From Macrostomum lignano (lineage: Eukaryota), in the NCBI GenBank assembly GCA_002269645.1, contig NIVC01002360.1, positions 1-64,000 of the forward strand: a DNA stretch of 64,000 nt. Direction: 5' to 3'. Made by a program: the position numbers and the translations under genes. The notes under the pieces were generated by a model, which saw only the letters and a program-made list of their open reading frames with translations, had not been told where the DNA came from and made no database searches. Position 1 is the stretch's first letter. Every line of letters begins with the position of its first letter. Positions 1 through 12,869 of the stretch are shown here, piece after piece.

Positions 1-268
1 TTAATCTATTTAGCCAGCCCACTCTCTAATTGCCTTCCCACCAGAAGAACACCCACTATAATACATCGCCCGTTGAGGGGTATCCCGATAAAAGCACCAC
101 TGGACGGCGGGCTGTCTTAATTAAGGCGTTTTTATTGGGAGACTCGACAAAAATTACCGCCAAAATTTAGGTTAGGCCAGGGTTAGGTCGTCGCCAGGGT
201 TACCGCTGTGGCATGGCTACTAAGCACTTGGACACAATCTAAGGTACTTTTCAGCAATCTCAGATGAG

Positions 269-3200
269 TCAAGCCTTAGCCTTCGCGCCGGCCACGATAT
301 CAAAGTCCAGCAGCTTGCAGAAGCGGCCCTCCCTGTCGCCAGCTGGCTGCCCGTACACGGCTAGGCTGACGGCGGCGTCGGCGGCCCCGGCGGCGGCGAG
401 TCGCAGCCGCTTGGACCACTGCTCGCTTCCGTTGGCGCCGCGGCGCCGGCGCATGTCAAACCAGGCGGCGCCGTCGTTCAGCACCAGCGACAGCGCCCGG
501 AATCCGGGCGCCTCGAGGCGGAACGCGTGAGTCCGACCGGCTGGCAGGCGCTGGCGAGCGGCTCCACCAGGCGGCAGCCGCAGAACAGGCTGGTCTGCAG
601 CGGGAACGGCTCTGGCGGCGGTGCGGACGGCGGCGACTCCGAGGCCAGCAGGACGCAGCGATAGACGCAGGACAGCTCGGGGTCGGCTTGGCGGCCCGCG
701 TACACCTGGAGACAGCGGCCGCGTAACTTTGAATGCATGACTCGTTTGGGATTGAATGTGACTCATTAACAACGAGTGTGACTCATTCACAACGAGTGTG
801 ACTCATCACAACGAGTGTGACTCATTCACAACGAGTGTGACTCATCACAACGAGTGTGACTCATCACAACGAGTGTGACTCATTCAATGGCAAGTGTGAC
901 TCATTAAATGGCGAGTGTGACTCATTCAATGGCGAGTGTGACTCATTCACAGGGACACAGGGACGAGTGTGACTCATTCACAGGGACACAGGGACGAGTG
1001 TGACTCATTCACAGGGACACAGGGACGAGTGTGACTCATTCACAGAGACGAGCGTGACTCATTCACAGAGACGAGTGTGACTCATTCACAGAGACGAGCG
1101 TGACTCATTCACAGAGACGAGTGTGACTCATTCACATAGACGAGTGTGACTCATTCACAGAGACGAGTGTGACTCATTCACAGAGACGAGTGTGACTCAT
1201 TCACAGAGACGAGTGTGACTCATTCAATTTAAGCGTGAATCTTTGAGCCAATTAAAAAACATCTGTTAGTGATTCATCCAACGGCACTTAGCGGTCACTC
1301 ACCGACAGCAGGCAGGCGGCAGCGCCCGAGCCCCCGGTCTGCGGACAGGCCAGCCAGTACTCGCGCCGCCCGCCTGCAGCAGCGCGAAGGAGTCGCATCT
1401 CTCCGCCGCGCCAGGCGCGTATCTGGTCAGGGTGTGCGCGATGCGGAGGCCGGTGCCGGCTTCGGCGGGCGCCAGCAGCGTCAGCGGCAGTCGCTGGTGG
1501 GCGGCTCGCCACCCGGCTGATGCCGCAGCAGGGGGTCCGCGCCGGGAAACCCGACGCCGAGGCGGGCGGCGGCGGGCGTCTCGCCGATGGGCTGACTGGC
1601 GGGGTCCGGCGGGAACGGCGACGCTGGGGTGCGACGGGTCGACGGCTGCTGGGCGCAATTCACCAGCAGAGTGGCGGCGAGCAGCTGTTGCTGCTTCTCC
1701 TGGGGGCAAACAAATTTTAATAGAAATTGGAATGCCGCTTTTTAGGAAAAGCCTTCTGTGGGTGGCTCTTCGACTCTCATTCGCATGACTCTCATTTCTC
1801 ATTCGCATGACTCTTATTTCTCATTCTCATGACTCTTATTTCTCATTCTCATGACTCTTATTTCTCATTCTCATGACTCTCATTTCTCATTCTCATGATT
1901 CTCATTTCTCATTCTCATGACTCTCATTTCTCATTCTCATGATTCTCATTTCTTATTCTCATGACTCTCATTTCTCATTCTCATGACTCTTATTTCTCAT
2001 TCTCATGACTCTCATTTCTCATTCTCATGATTCTCATTTCTCATTCTCACGACTCTCATTTCTCATTCTCATGATTCTCATTTCTTATTCTCATGACTCT
2101 CATTTCTCATTCTCATGATTCTCATTTCTTATTCTCATGACTCTCATTTCTCATTCTCATGACTCTCATTTCTCATTCTCATGACTCTTATTTCTCATTC
2201 GCATGACTCTTATTTCTTATTCGCATGACTCTCATTTCTCATTCTCATGACTCTCATTTCTCATTCGCATGACTCTCATTTCTCATTCTCATGACTCTTA
2301 TTTCTTATTCTCATGATTCTCATTTCTCATTCTCATGACTCTCATTTCTCATTCTCATGATTCTCATTTCTTATTCTCATGACTCTCATTTCTCATTCTC
2401 ATGATTCTCATTCCTCATTCTCATGACTCTCATTTCTCATTCTCATGATTCTCATTTCTCATTCTCACGACTTTCATTTCTCATTCTCATGATTCTCATT
2501 TCTTATTCTCATGACTCTCATTTCTCATTCTCATGACTCTCATTTCTCATTCTCATGACTCTTATTTCTCATTCGCATGACTCTTATTTCTTATTCGCAT
2601 GACTCTCATTTCTCATTCTCATGACTCTCATTTCTCATTCGCATGACTCTCATTTCTCATTCTCATGACTCTTATTTCTTATTCTCATGACTCTCATTTC
2701 TCATTCTCATGACTCTTATTTCTCATTCTCATGATTCTCATTCCTCATTCTCATGACTCTTATTTCTCATTCGCATGACTCTCATTTTTCATTCTCATGA
2801 CTCTCATTTCTTATTCGCATGACTCTTATTTCTCATTCTCATGACTCTTATTTCTTATTCTCATGACTCTCATTTCTCATTCTCATGACTCTCATTTCTC
2901 AATCTCATTATTCTAATTCCTCTTATTTCTCATTCTCATGATTCTCATTTCTCGTTCTCATGATTCTCATTTTTTGTTCTCATGACTCTTATTCTCCTGA
3001 TTCTTATTCTCATGATTCCTATTCTCATAATTCTCATTCTCATGATTCTCATTTCTCAATCTCATTATTCTAATTTCTCACTCTCATGATTCTCACTTAT
3101 CATTCTCCCGATTCTCATATCCTTATAAAATTTCGCATCCCCACAATTGCATTCTCGCTCTCGCTCACCCTCTGGCCGACAAACAGGCTCAGCAAGAACC

Positions 3201-6200
3201 GCCCGGCCCTGGGCGGTCGCGCCATCAGTCGCAGGGTAGGCGCCACACCGCCGCCCCCGCCGCCAGCAGGCAGGCCACGGCACCGCCTGACAGCGGCGTC
3301 TCCGGCGCCTCCCAGGCCGTCAGCTGACAGGCCGCCCGGAGGCCATCGGCGGCTCCAACGGGCAACGAGACGACGGCGCTGGCCAGCCCCGTGTCGGCGT
3401 CGGCCTCCAGCCGGTCGGAGCGCCAGTCCAGCAGCCGCAGTCCCGCGTTAAAAAACGGCGACCTGAGCAGCGGCATCCGGACGAACGCCGCCATGGCGAC
3501 GGGGTCGCGCAGCAGCTGCCAGCGCTTGTCGTCAGGCAGGTGCAGGTGCAGGTGCTGCCACGGGTCCGTTAGGAAGAAAAACTCGTCCGGACCGGCGGGG
3601 GTGGCGGCTGGGGCGGCGGCTCCAGCGGCGGCCCGCCTTGGCCAGGCGCCCCAGGCTACGTTGACAAACCGCCAGGCTCCGTCCAGGTGCACAGCAGTCC
3701 AGGTGTTGCGAAATCTGGACCCGGCAGCGGCAGCCGGATTGGCGCCAGGCAGGTAGCTGGCGCCCTTGGAGTAGCCGGCGATGAGCTGGCAGTGCAGGCC
3801 GGCGCGGCTGCACAGCAGGGCGAACAGCTCGTGCGGGCAGGCGGCCCCGCGGCCGAGCCGGCGCAGCCAGCCCACCAGCGTGGACGCCGGCGCCCGGCTG
3901 TCGTAGAGCACAGGCCGGCCGAAGCTGTCGGCCGAGTGGCAGGTGAGATAGACGAACAGCGCCCGGCAGCGCTCCGTCTCGGTGCGGCAAGGCGAGCAGA
4001 GGCGGCCAACGAGGCCGGAGAAGCTGCCCAGAGTCGGCGGCGATTTGTCGATGAAGTCCTGCACCCGAGTGTCCACGTGGCGCCAGGCGGAGGCGCCGGC
4101 GGAGGAGAGTTTCGCCGGCAGCGGCGTTGGCGGCTCCGGCTCCGGGGCCGGGCCGGATATGGTATAAGGCAGCGCCACCTCTGGCTCGCTGGCGTCCCAC
4201 ATGATCTGGCGAGCCTGCGGGGAGGCCCAGCAAGTTGCGCATGCTACTACTGTCAGTAGGCTACAGAAAAGTTGTGAGTTTTATTGTCCATGAGGCGGGC
4301 CAATGAAATCTCTCTTCTCTTTCTCACTCCCTTCTTTACTCTCCATCGCTCCATTTTCACCTTCTTTCCCACTCACCCACAGCTTCCGCTCAGATTCTCT
4401 CTCAATCCCTGTCTCTCCATCCCCTGTCTCCCCATCCCCTGTCTCCCCATCCCCTGTCTCTCCATCCCCTGTCTCCCCATCCCCTGGCTCCCCATCCCCT
4501 GTCTCCCCATCCCCTGTCTCCCCATCCCCTGTCTCCCCATCCCCTGTCTACCCATCCCCTGGCTCTCCATCCCCTGTCTCCCCATCCCCTGGCTCTCCAT
4601 CCCCTGTCTCCCCATCCCCTGGCTCCCCATCCCCTGTCTCCCCGTCCCCTGGCTCCCATCCCCTGTCTCCCCATCCCCTGTCTACCCATCCCCTGTCTCC
4701 CCATCCCCTGGCTCCCCATCCCCTGTCTACCCATCCCCTGTCTCTCCATCCCCTGTCTGCCCATCCCCTGGCTCCCCATCCCCTTTCTACCCATCCCCTG
4801 GCTCTCCATCCCCTGTCTGCCAATCCCCTGGCTCCCATCCCCTGTCTCCCCATCCCCTGTCTACCCATCCCCTGGCTCTCCATCCCCTGTCTACCCATCC
4901 CCTGGCTCTCCATCCCCTGTCTGCCCATCCCCTGGCTCCCATCCCCTGTCTCCCCGTCCCCTGGCTTCCCATTCTCAGTCTCCCCAATGCAACAGCCGTT
5001 CAATCCCCACCTGCTCCATAGCGACGCCACCGGGAGCGTCCCTGACAACGGCCAACGAGTTGTCGTCAATCCGACGACCGTCATTGTTAACCAGCGGCAC
5101 TGGCAGGTACACAATGCCCGGCTCCAACTGCAGCCTCTCTACCTCATCATCATCAACGTCTGCGTCCAGATTGACCGACCGTCGAAGGGAGGCGACAGGA
5201 GTGGCGGCGGTGGCGCGTCCCCAGGCCGGCAGCCGCTGCTCGGCAACCACGCCGCCCCCGATGACGTCGGCGTAGCGCGACATGAGCCGGGCGTACTTGG
5301 CCGGGTCGTGCTTGGCCAGGGCGCGCATCAGGCGGCCGATCTTCTCGTCGCGACGCCGTCGAAGATAGCGCTCCAGCATGCCGGCCAGCTCGTCCGTGTC
5401 CCTGGCGGCCAGGTGCAGCGAGGCGGAGCTGCCAGCCGGCCCGAGCATCGGCGACACCGAGCCGACAACCGACGAGCTGCTGCTTTGAGCGGACGACGCG
5501 GCGACGCGCAGGTGGTCGAGGCTGCGGGCGCGAGCCAGGCTAGCCAGGTTGGCGTACTGGCTCTCCTGGCGCCGCGAGTCCCAGCCGGCCGCCGCGCTGT
5601 CGTCGCCATCCTCCTCGAAGCCGGTGAGGTCGGCCGACCGGGTCTGCTGCTGGCGCACCGCCCGAGCCAGCGAGCTGCCGCGCGACGCCGCCGCGACAGC
5701 GGCCGGATGCCGGCGATGGCTGCCGGACTGCTGCCGGCTCTGCCTGCGGTAGGTGGCGCTGGAGTTGGCGCGGGAGGAGTCGCTCTCGTACGACATGTTG
5801 AGGTAGATGGGAGCCTGCTGCCGCTGCCGGCTGTTGTAGCGGCGGCCGTTCGAGGCGGCTTCGCTTTCAACTTCGTCGTCAAAGTCCAGCGAGACGGAGG
5901 CCGATGCGGATGCCGGCTCGTCCGATTCGCCGCGATGACGACTCCGTCGGTGCCTTCGGTAGACATCTGCGGCGTGGTCGGCGTCAGGGCCTTGAGGGAA
6001 GTCGGCGACCTGGGCGAAAATCACAGTTGAATTCGATTTTTCGAAGGCACGCACTCATACACAGGCAGGATATACAGGTGAGAATAGATGCAGGATATAC
6101 AGGTGAGAATAGATGCAGGATATACAGGTGAGAATAGATGCAGGATATACAGGTGAGAATAGATGCATGGTATACAGGTGAGAATAGATGCAGGATATAC

Positions 6201-9200
6201 AGGTGAGAATAGATGCATGGTATACAGGTGAGAATAGATGCAGGATATACAGGTGAGAATAGATGCATGGTATACAGGTGAGAATAGATGCAGGATATAC
6301 AGGTAAGAATAGATGCATGGTATACAGGTGAGAATAGATGCAGGATATACAGGTGAGAATAGATGTAGGATATACAGAAGAGAATAGATGCAGGATATAC
6401 AGGTGAGAATAGATGCATGGTATACAGGTGAGAATAGATGCAGGATATACAGGTGAGAATAGATGCAGGATATACAGGTGAGAATAGATGCAGGATATAC
6501 AGATGAGAATAGATGCAGGATATACAGGTGAGACACGCAGCATCAAACTGACCTTGCCAGGCAAGTGGCGCGCCCGGCTCGAGTCCGGGGTTGCGGACCT
6601 GTGGCGCCGCGGTTCAGCCGGTGGCGCCAGCTGTGATGACGCAATCAGCGGATCAGCGGAAGCGTGCCGGGATCGGCGAGACTCGGCGGGATTCTGCAAA
6701 TTTTTGAAAATATGCAATAATTTAGTTGATAGTTGCAACTGACATTCGAGACCCGATCGCCCCCTAGCAACAAATCCTGCAGGCAGAGCCATACAAATAA
6801 GCACGCAACCGCGCAATTAGAATGCAGGAATGCTGTTAAAAAAACTGCGCAGCGCTTTCTGGCTGACTGACGAAGGCCTTCCCTTCATAATGAATAGCTA
6901 TTGAACCCGTGCCCACTTGACAGGAATTCTTTACTGCAATATGTTTAATAAGGCAGTTGGGCTCTGCGCAAACATTATGCAAAAATGCTATTTAAAAACG
7001 AAAAATGCGGTTTCAATACAATTGGCAGAAAAGTAGCTAGAGAGAGTCAGAAAGAGAGCGAGGAGAGTCAGAAAGAGAGCGAGGAGAGTCAGAAAGAGAG
7101 CGAGGAGAGTCAGAAAGAGAGCGAGGAGAGTCAGTAAGAGGGCGAGGAGAGTCAGAAAGAGAGCGAGGAGAGTCAGTAAGAGGGCGAGGAGAGTCAGAAA
7201 GAGAGCGAGGAGAGTCAGAAAGAGAGCAAGGAGAGTCAGAAAGAGAGCAAGGAGAGTCCAGAAAAAGAGAGCAAGGAGAGTCCAGAAAAAGAGAGCGAGG
7301 AAAGTCAGAAAGAGAGCAAGAAGAGTCCAGAAAAAGAGAGCGAGGAGAGTCAGAAAGAGAGCAAGGAGAGTCCAGAAAAAGAGAGCAAGGAGAGTCAGAA
7401 AAAGAGAGCAAGGAGAGTCAGAAAGAGAGCGAGGAGAGTCAGAAAGAGAGCAAGGAGAGTCAGAAAAAGAGAGCAAGGAGAGTCAGAAAAAGAGAGCAAG
7501 GAGAGTCAGAAAGAGAGCGAGGAGAGTCAGAAAGAGAGCAAGGAGAGTCAGAAAAAGAGAGCAAGGAGAGTCAGAAAAAGAGAGCAAGGAGAGTCAGAAA
7601 GAGAGCAAGGAGAGTCAGAAAGAGAGCAAGGAGAGTCCAGAAAAAGAGGGCAAGGAGAGTCCAGAAAAAGAGAGCAAGGAGAGTCAGAAAGAGAGCAAGG
7701 AGAGTCAGAAAGAGAGCAAAGAGTCAGAATTTCAGAAAAATAGTATTTAAATGAGATAGAAAAGAGCGCCCTGAGCAACTTACCCGATTCTTGGATCCCC
7801 GCTGGCGCTGCTCCTGCAGCTGCCCAGGCACCGTGCCGGCGCCACGCCAAGCCTCCGCGCCAGTGGGCAAAGGAGGCGCCAGATTGGCGTAGATCGGCGA
7901 CTCCGGGCGGCGCGACTTGCGCTGCTGCCTGGCTACCGACTCCGCCGGCTCAACAGAAGATGCGTAGGAGCGAAATGGCACGGCTGCTTTGGACTTTTTC
8001 TTCTTGCGGCTGCTGCTGCTGCTACTAGAAGAGCTGGAGCTGCTGCTGCTGCTAGAGGAGCTGCTGCTGCTGCTGCTGGAAGACTTTTTTCTCTGTTTCT
8101 TTCTAGAAGCAGCAACTGGCTCCGTTTGAACCTGAGCGTCGCCCAGAGACTCGTTACCGACAGAATAGCCATCATCACCTTGATTCTCACCGGCTGCCGC
8201 GGCGGCCGTCATTGACAGAGTCTTGCTGGTCATGCGGCCGATGGTGCTGTCGATGCAGCCGAGATCTTCGTCAACATTGCTGATCACCCGGTCCATGGAG
8301 ATCAGCTCGCGGACAACATCGTCAGCGTGCTGCTTGCGGTTGGCGCTCTCCGGATCTGCTTGCGGCTGAGGCTCCGGCTGGGAGGCCGCCGCTCTGCCGC
8401 GCGGCTTCCGCGCCGCCGCCCGGCGGGCCGGCCGATCAGGCGGGCGAGCTGGCTGCGACAGCGGCGGAGTCGGCGGCGGAGGCGAGGGAGACGACGATAA
8501 TTGCGGAGTTGGCGGTCGTGGACTTCGAATTCGCGGCGACGGTTGCGGCCGAGGCGGAGCAGGCTGCGGTTCGGGCTGATAATACTGTTGCTGCTGCTGT
8601 TGTTGCTGATGTTGTTGCTGCTGTTGCTGCTGCTGTTGCTGCTGCTGTTGTTGTTGTTTTTGCTGTTGTTTTGGTTGTTGTTGTTGTTGTTGTTGATGTT
8701 GTTTTTGCTGTTGTTGTTGAAGCTGCTGCTGCTGCTGTTGTTGCGGCTGCTCCGGCGGTGGAGGCGAGCGAAGTCTCGATCGGCGGCGCACCGGCTCTGC
8801 AACCGACGCAGCTGTCACCACCGTCAAGTTGGCGTACTCGGAGGGACCGGCGGCAACGTCCGCAGCGGTTTTGACGGGGCTGCCGCGATCGTCTGCAGCG
8901 GCGACTGCGGCCGGCGGGTACCGGACGCCGCCGACGCCCATCCTGCCGACAACCTGCTGGCGCGGGCGGCTGTTTTTGGCCTCAGCGGAACTTGTAGGAG
9001 GGCCGCTCACCGGGCCGAGGTACGTGGCGAACGGGAACATCGGCTCGAGCTTTTGCGCCTGCGGCGGAGCCGGCTGCTGCTTCTCGGGCGATGGCGACTC
9101 CAGAAAGTGAACTGAATGATGAGACGGCGGCTGCTGTGACTGCTGCTGCTGCTCAGGTGACTCAGCCGCTTGCGGCAGGGAAGTGACCAACGAGGGAACG

Positions 9201-9430
9201 CCTGGCTGAGCCTTCAGCGCGGGTTTCAAAGGATTCACGATGGACACGGGCCGCCCGGGCTGACTGGCGGTCTTGGCGGCGGCGGTAGGGCGGCGCAGTT
9301 GCTGCGCTGAGGCCTGATTCAGAGAGCCGTTCTGCTGAGGTGCGTTAAACTTGTCCTGCAGCTGGCGAAGCCGGCGATTGCGATCGGCAGCGCTGCCGAA
9401 TAGAGATGAAGACTGCCGACTGGATGACAT
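269..9430 (-). CDS. Hillarin/kyphoscoliosis-peptidase (KY) family protein with transglutaminase-like domain, catalytic triad lost; long Q/P/S-rich N-terminus; 6 exons
   Basis: Exons 9430-7784, 6693-6553, 6009-5011, 4214-3169, 1699-1303, 705-269, all GT-AG phase 0. Motifs LFALLCSRAGLHCQLIAGYSKG, FRNTWTAVHLDGAWRFVN.AWG, EFFFLTDP, RWQLL..P, RPPRAGRFLLSLF, FRLEAPG and FCKLLDFDI are typical of Hillarin/KY. Continuity needs four 1-nt frame corrections (~3260, ~1490, ~1370, ~555). Confidence 0.85.
753..1226. repeat. Minisatellite (GAGTGTGACTCATTCACA-core, ~19-31 bp units), Hillarin-like intron 5
   Basis: About 21 copies of the TGACTCA core, read directly. Confidence 0.95.
1776..3110. repeat. 22-bp minisatellite (CATGACTCTCATTTCTCATTCT), Hillarin-like intron 4
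   Basis: Direct inspection. Confidence 0.95.
4400..4985. repeat. 15-bp minisatellite (CCCCATCCCCTGTCT), Hillarin-like intron 3
   Basis: Direct inspection. Confidence 0.95.
6064..6532. repeat. 25-bp minisatellite (CAGGATATACAGGTGAGAATAGATG), Hillarin-like intron 2
   Basis: Direct inspection. Confidence 0.95.
7038..7725. repeat. 20-23-bp GA-rich minisatellite (AGGAGAGTCAGAAAGAGAGC), Hillarin-like intron 1
   Basis: Direct inspection. Confidence 0.95.
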
Positions 9431-10967
9431 GGCAGGCAGTCTGGCCTTCGTATCTTTTGTAGAGAACTAATCTGCTGGAGATCAATATTCAAATATTTTA
9501 CAGGTGGTTCGAGGCAATCGTCACAACATTGGCAACTCAAGGCTGAAATGGAATTGGTTGAGAGAGTAAAGATAATAAATATATATTTGTAAAATGCTCT
9601 GTTGCACAACTTGATAGTGAAAGGAAAAGACACAAGATCAATTAATATTGCATATTGTATATTGAAACTAAATCTTAGATCTTAAAAAATTGAAATAATT
9701 CTTGACAAAACCATTTTTTAGAAATGTAAAGTTATAGGTATTGAGCTTTGAGGTATCAACTAATAACTTTAATAATATATATATTAAATATATGTGTAAA
9801 GACAATGCTATAAAAAATCAATCATCTGAGCAATTTTATTTTGATACTTTAATTCCATATAATTTTGTTAATATATAAAGCAAAGCAATATTAGCAAAAC
9901 ATGAGACAAAAAACTCAATTAATGAAATAATTGCCTTAACATATTTAAAACTACCTTTTTTACATTTAAAAATATAACTGGACTTGAAATAGTAAACTTA
10001 TTTAGTGCTAATATTATATTTTTCTGGCTTTGAAAGCCCTAAAATTATTTTTTAATGAAGATATTGAAATTAATGATGTTATTAATTGAATAATTGCTAA
10101 AATATTTTCCCAATCAACCATTACTTTTTCATATTGAAAAAGTAAGATCTATAAGTATCTAGTATCTATACTTAGTATAGTATTCTATAATACTATATAA
10201 TAATGGCTCAATCTTTTCATTGCATTAGCTATTCTATCTTCTATACTGTGAGTATTCTATCTATTCTATCTATTCTATCTTCTGCTATAAATTGAGACTT
10301 AGCCAAATGCGTAAACTATTATCCCTTGTATCATCTAGCAGAGAATTATCTTATTTATAAAATGTTAACGTTCGTACAATGCTATACTATCTATGTTGTC
10401 ATGCTGTATGATGTATCAATACAATTCAGTAGCTACTCCAGTACTCGCAGCATGATACAGCCGCATGAAGTAAAAATGTGCGTTTATTATTTGAGTAAAA
10501 ATGAAAGCTGTTGAAGTCTGCTGGGTTGAGATAGGTGTAGAAACAAAACACGCCCTGAAAAAACATGGCACACGGAAGCATTTAGTTATTTCTCTGAATA
10601 CATTGGTAATCAAATTTTCGGTAATTTATCGCGCGTTTTTGCGTCGTACATAAAAATACTAATGAAAAAACGTCTATCGTTAACTAATATACAAATAAAA
10701 ACGTCAAATCTAAAACACTAGTATCGTTTTAATAAATAAAAGAAATTATCACTCAGCGATTTTGTTTTACTCGAGAAACTTTAAAACCGATTGCATTAAA
10801 GTAAAAACTACTGTAGGCAGAATGACGTATCATTTAACTTTTGTACATTAAGTTACTGGGGCCTCACTTTATGAACTTTATGAGTGCACCCTAAAAGCCC
10901 AAAAGTAAAGTATACCACATAGAGTTTTTCTGCTAGTTCCTGTTTAAACTTTCCTTACCCACAAATT

Positions 10968-12869
10968 ATGGCTTCGACGCGCCAGAAAAACACAGCTAAA
11001 AGTGACCGCCTTGCGAAGACTAGGACTCGATTCCGATTCGGAAGACGCATCATCAATCTACCAGAGAATGCAGACGAGGGTATGACAGACTTTTCATTAA
11101 ATCTTCCTGACTGAAGAGTTTCTCACCAGTCTTGTCAATGGAACCAATGAGCAAATGTGGTTGGCAGTGAGGGAGTTCCAGCAGTAGAGTGCAGAAACTG
11201 GCGAGGAAGAGTTGCCTGCATGAAAAAGTTTCTGGGAATGGTGCTCTTCATGGGCATTAACAGCAAGCCGACCATACGCCACTACTGGTCCACAGATGCC
11301 GAGCGCGCCTTCCCCGTTGGCGATTTCTTCAACTACTGGCCTACTTCCGGTGCTACAACTGCCGAGAGTTTTATATCAACGACCCATTGTGTACGAGCGT
11401 AAAGGCCTTTTCTGGACTTGATTAGCCGAATTTGTCGCGAAACCTACCGACCAGAGCAGGATGTCGCCATCGACGAGACGCTGATTCTGTACAAGGGGAG
11501 ACTTCTGCTGAAGCAATATATTCCAAACAAGAAGGCAAAGTACGGCTTCAAACTGTATTGTCTGACTGAGTCCACGACGGGATACCTGTGGAATTTCCTA
11601 CTGCATTCTGTTGAGGCCGAACACGCAACCTTCGGTGCTAGTCTCCAATGCGATGCGCTCTCCTTGAGCGAACGAGTCGTTGTTGAGCTTAGCCGCGAAC
11701 TGCTGGGTGAAGGATACCACAAATTCATGGACAGTTAGTTTACGTCACACAGATTGGCCATCTAATTGTTCAACAAAAAGACTGCTCACCGGAACTGTTC
11801 GAAAGGATCGTGGTATCCCGAGAGAATTGCAAGAAAAATTAGTGGTTGCTCCGAGTCAGGGCTTCTTGAGGTGCGATCAGACACTCGCTATCAAGCTAGC
11901 TGACAGAAGGCCTCGGGAACAAAGGTTGTCTACCTTCTGGACTCAAGCATGCCTGCCGCTTGCACTGATGTTCGCAGAGTTCGTCGCGGTGGTCAAGTTG
12001 AACAATTTCCAAAACCAACGGCTGTCGTGCAGTACAATCGCAACATGGGCGGTGTTGATCGACTTGATGCGTCCGTGCATCTCTACCATCCAAATCGTAA
12101 GTCCTACAAATGGTTCCAGAAAGTCGCGTTTCACAGCTGATTCTCACGCTTGTACGAAACTTTTGGATGCTGTACAAGAAATGTGGTGGGACAGCCACAT
12201 TTTTTACTTAGCATCAAGACGCTGATCCGCGACTCAGGACAGGGACGCACTCGATCACCGACTCAGGTTCCAGCCCGGATGCAGGCCAACCATCCAATTC
12301 ATTCACCAATGAGACTCCCAGCAACGGAGGCCCAAGCAAACGATGCTGAATGTGCTCTTTGAAACCCTGACGTTTCAGCTAAGAAGACAGTATTCCGCTG
12401 CAGCTAATGTCCCGGGAAATCCTGGTCTCTGTCCAGATGCATGCTTCAGGATCTGGCACGGAACACATTGAAGTCCCACTTGCAGTCCTGCATTGGCGTC
12501 TCCCAACTTGAAACCTGCTACACTTTTCTTTTCGTATCCTTGTTTTGTTTGGAACCGGTTACATTTTTAGTTGTTTTATTAGTGATAAAAGTAAGCTATA
12601 CATTCAATACGACCATGCATTTGTGCATCACCACGTATTTTCACTACGCATGCTTATTTCACCTTTAACATTGGAGTCAAAACATACTGGAACAACATGA
12701 TGGACTTTTTTTAAATCAGTAAATCTTAAATGCACAGCAGGCCATACTGGGCATTTCTTTAGTGATTGGGGAGATGCTTTTTGATGCCATAGACATTTTT
12801 TAGTCTCAGGGCTTTTGCGGCCGTTTTGATAATTGCCGCGGTGCCGGCCTTTGGCTTCCTAATGGTTAA
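10968..12869 (+). mobile_element. Degenerate piggyBac DNA transposon (PGBD4-like transposase pseudogene)
   Basis: Fragments FMGINSKPTIRHYWSTD, AIDETLILYKGR...QYIPNKKAKYGFKLY, GYHKFMDS*FTS, GTVRKDRG, KPTAVVQYNRNMGGVDRLD, and a Cys-rich tail (CPDACFRIWH) are spread over several frames with stops. Candidate right end ...TGG|TTAA at 12866-12869; no matching left TIR found. Confidence 0.9.

Noticed and set aside
4284-6816. Long ORFs 4303-6030, 4284-5021, 6055-6816 and similar
   Set aside because: Chimeras of intronic repeats and antisense or alternative frames of GC-rich exons. Only the 6009-5011 and 6693-6553 exons have splice support.
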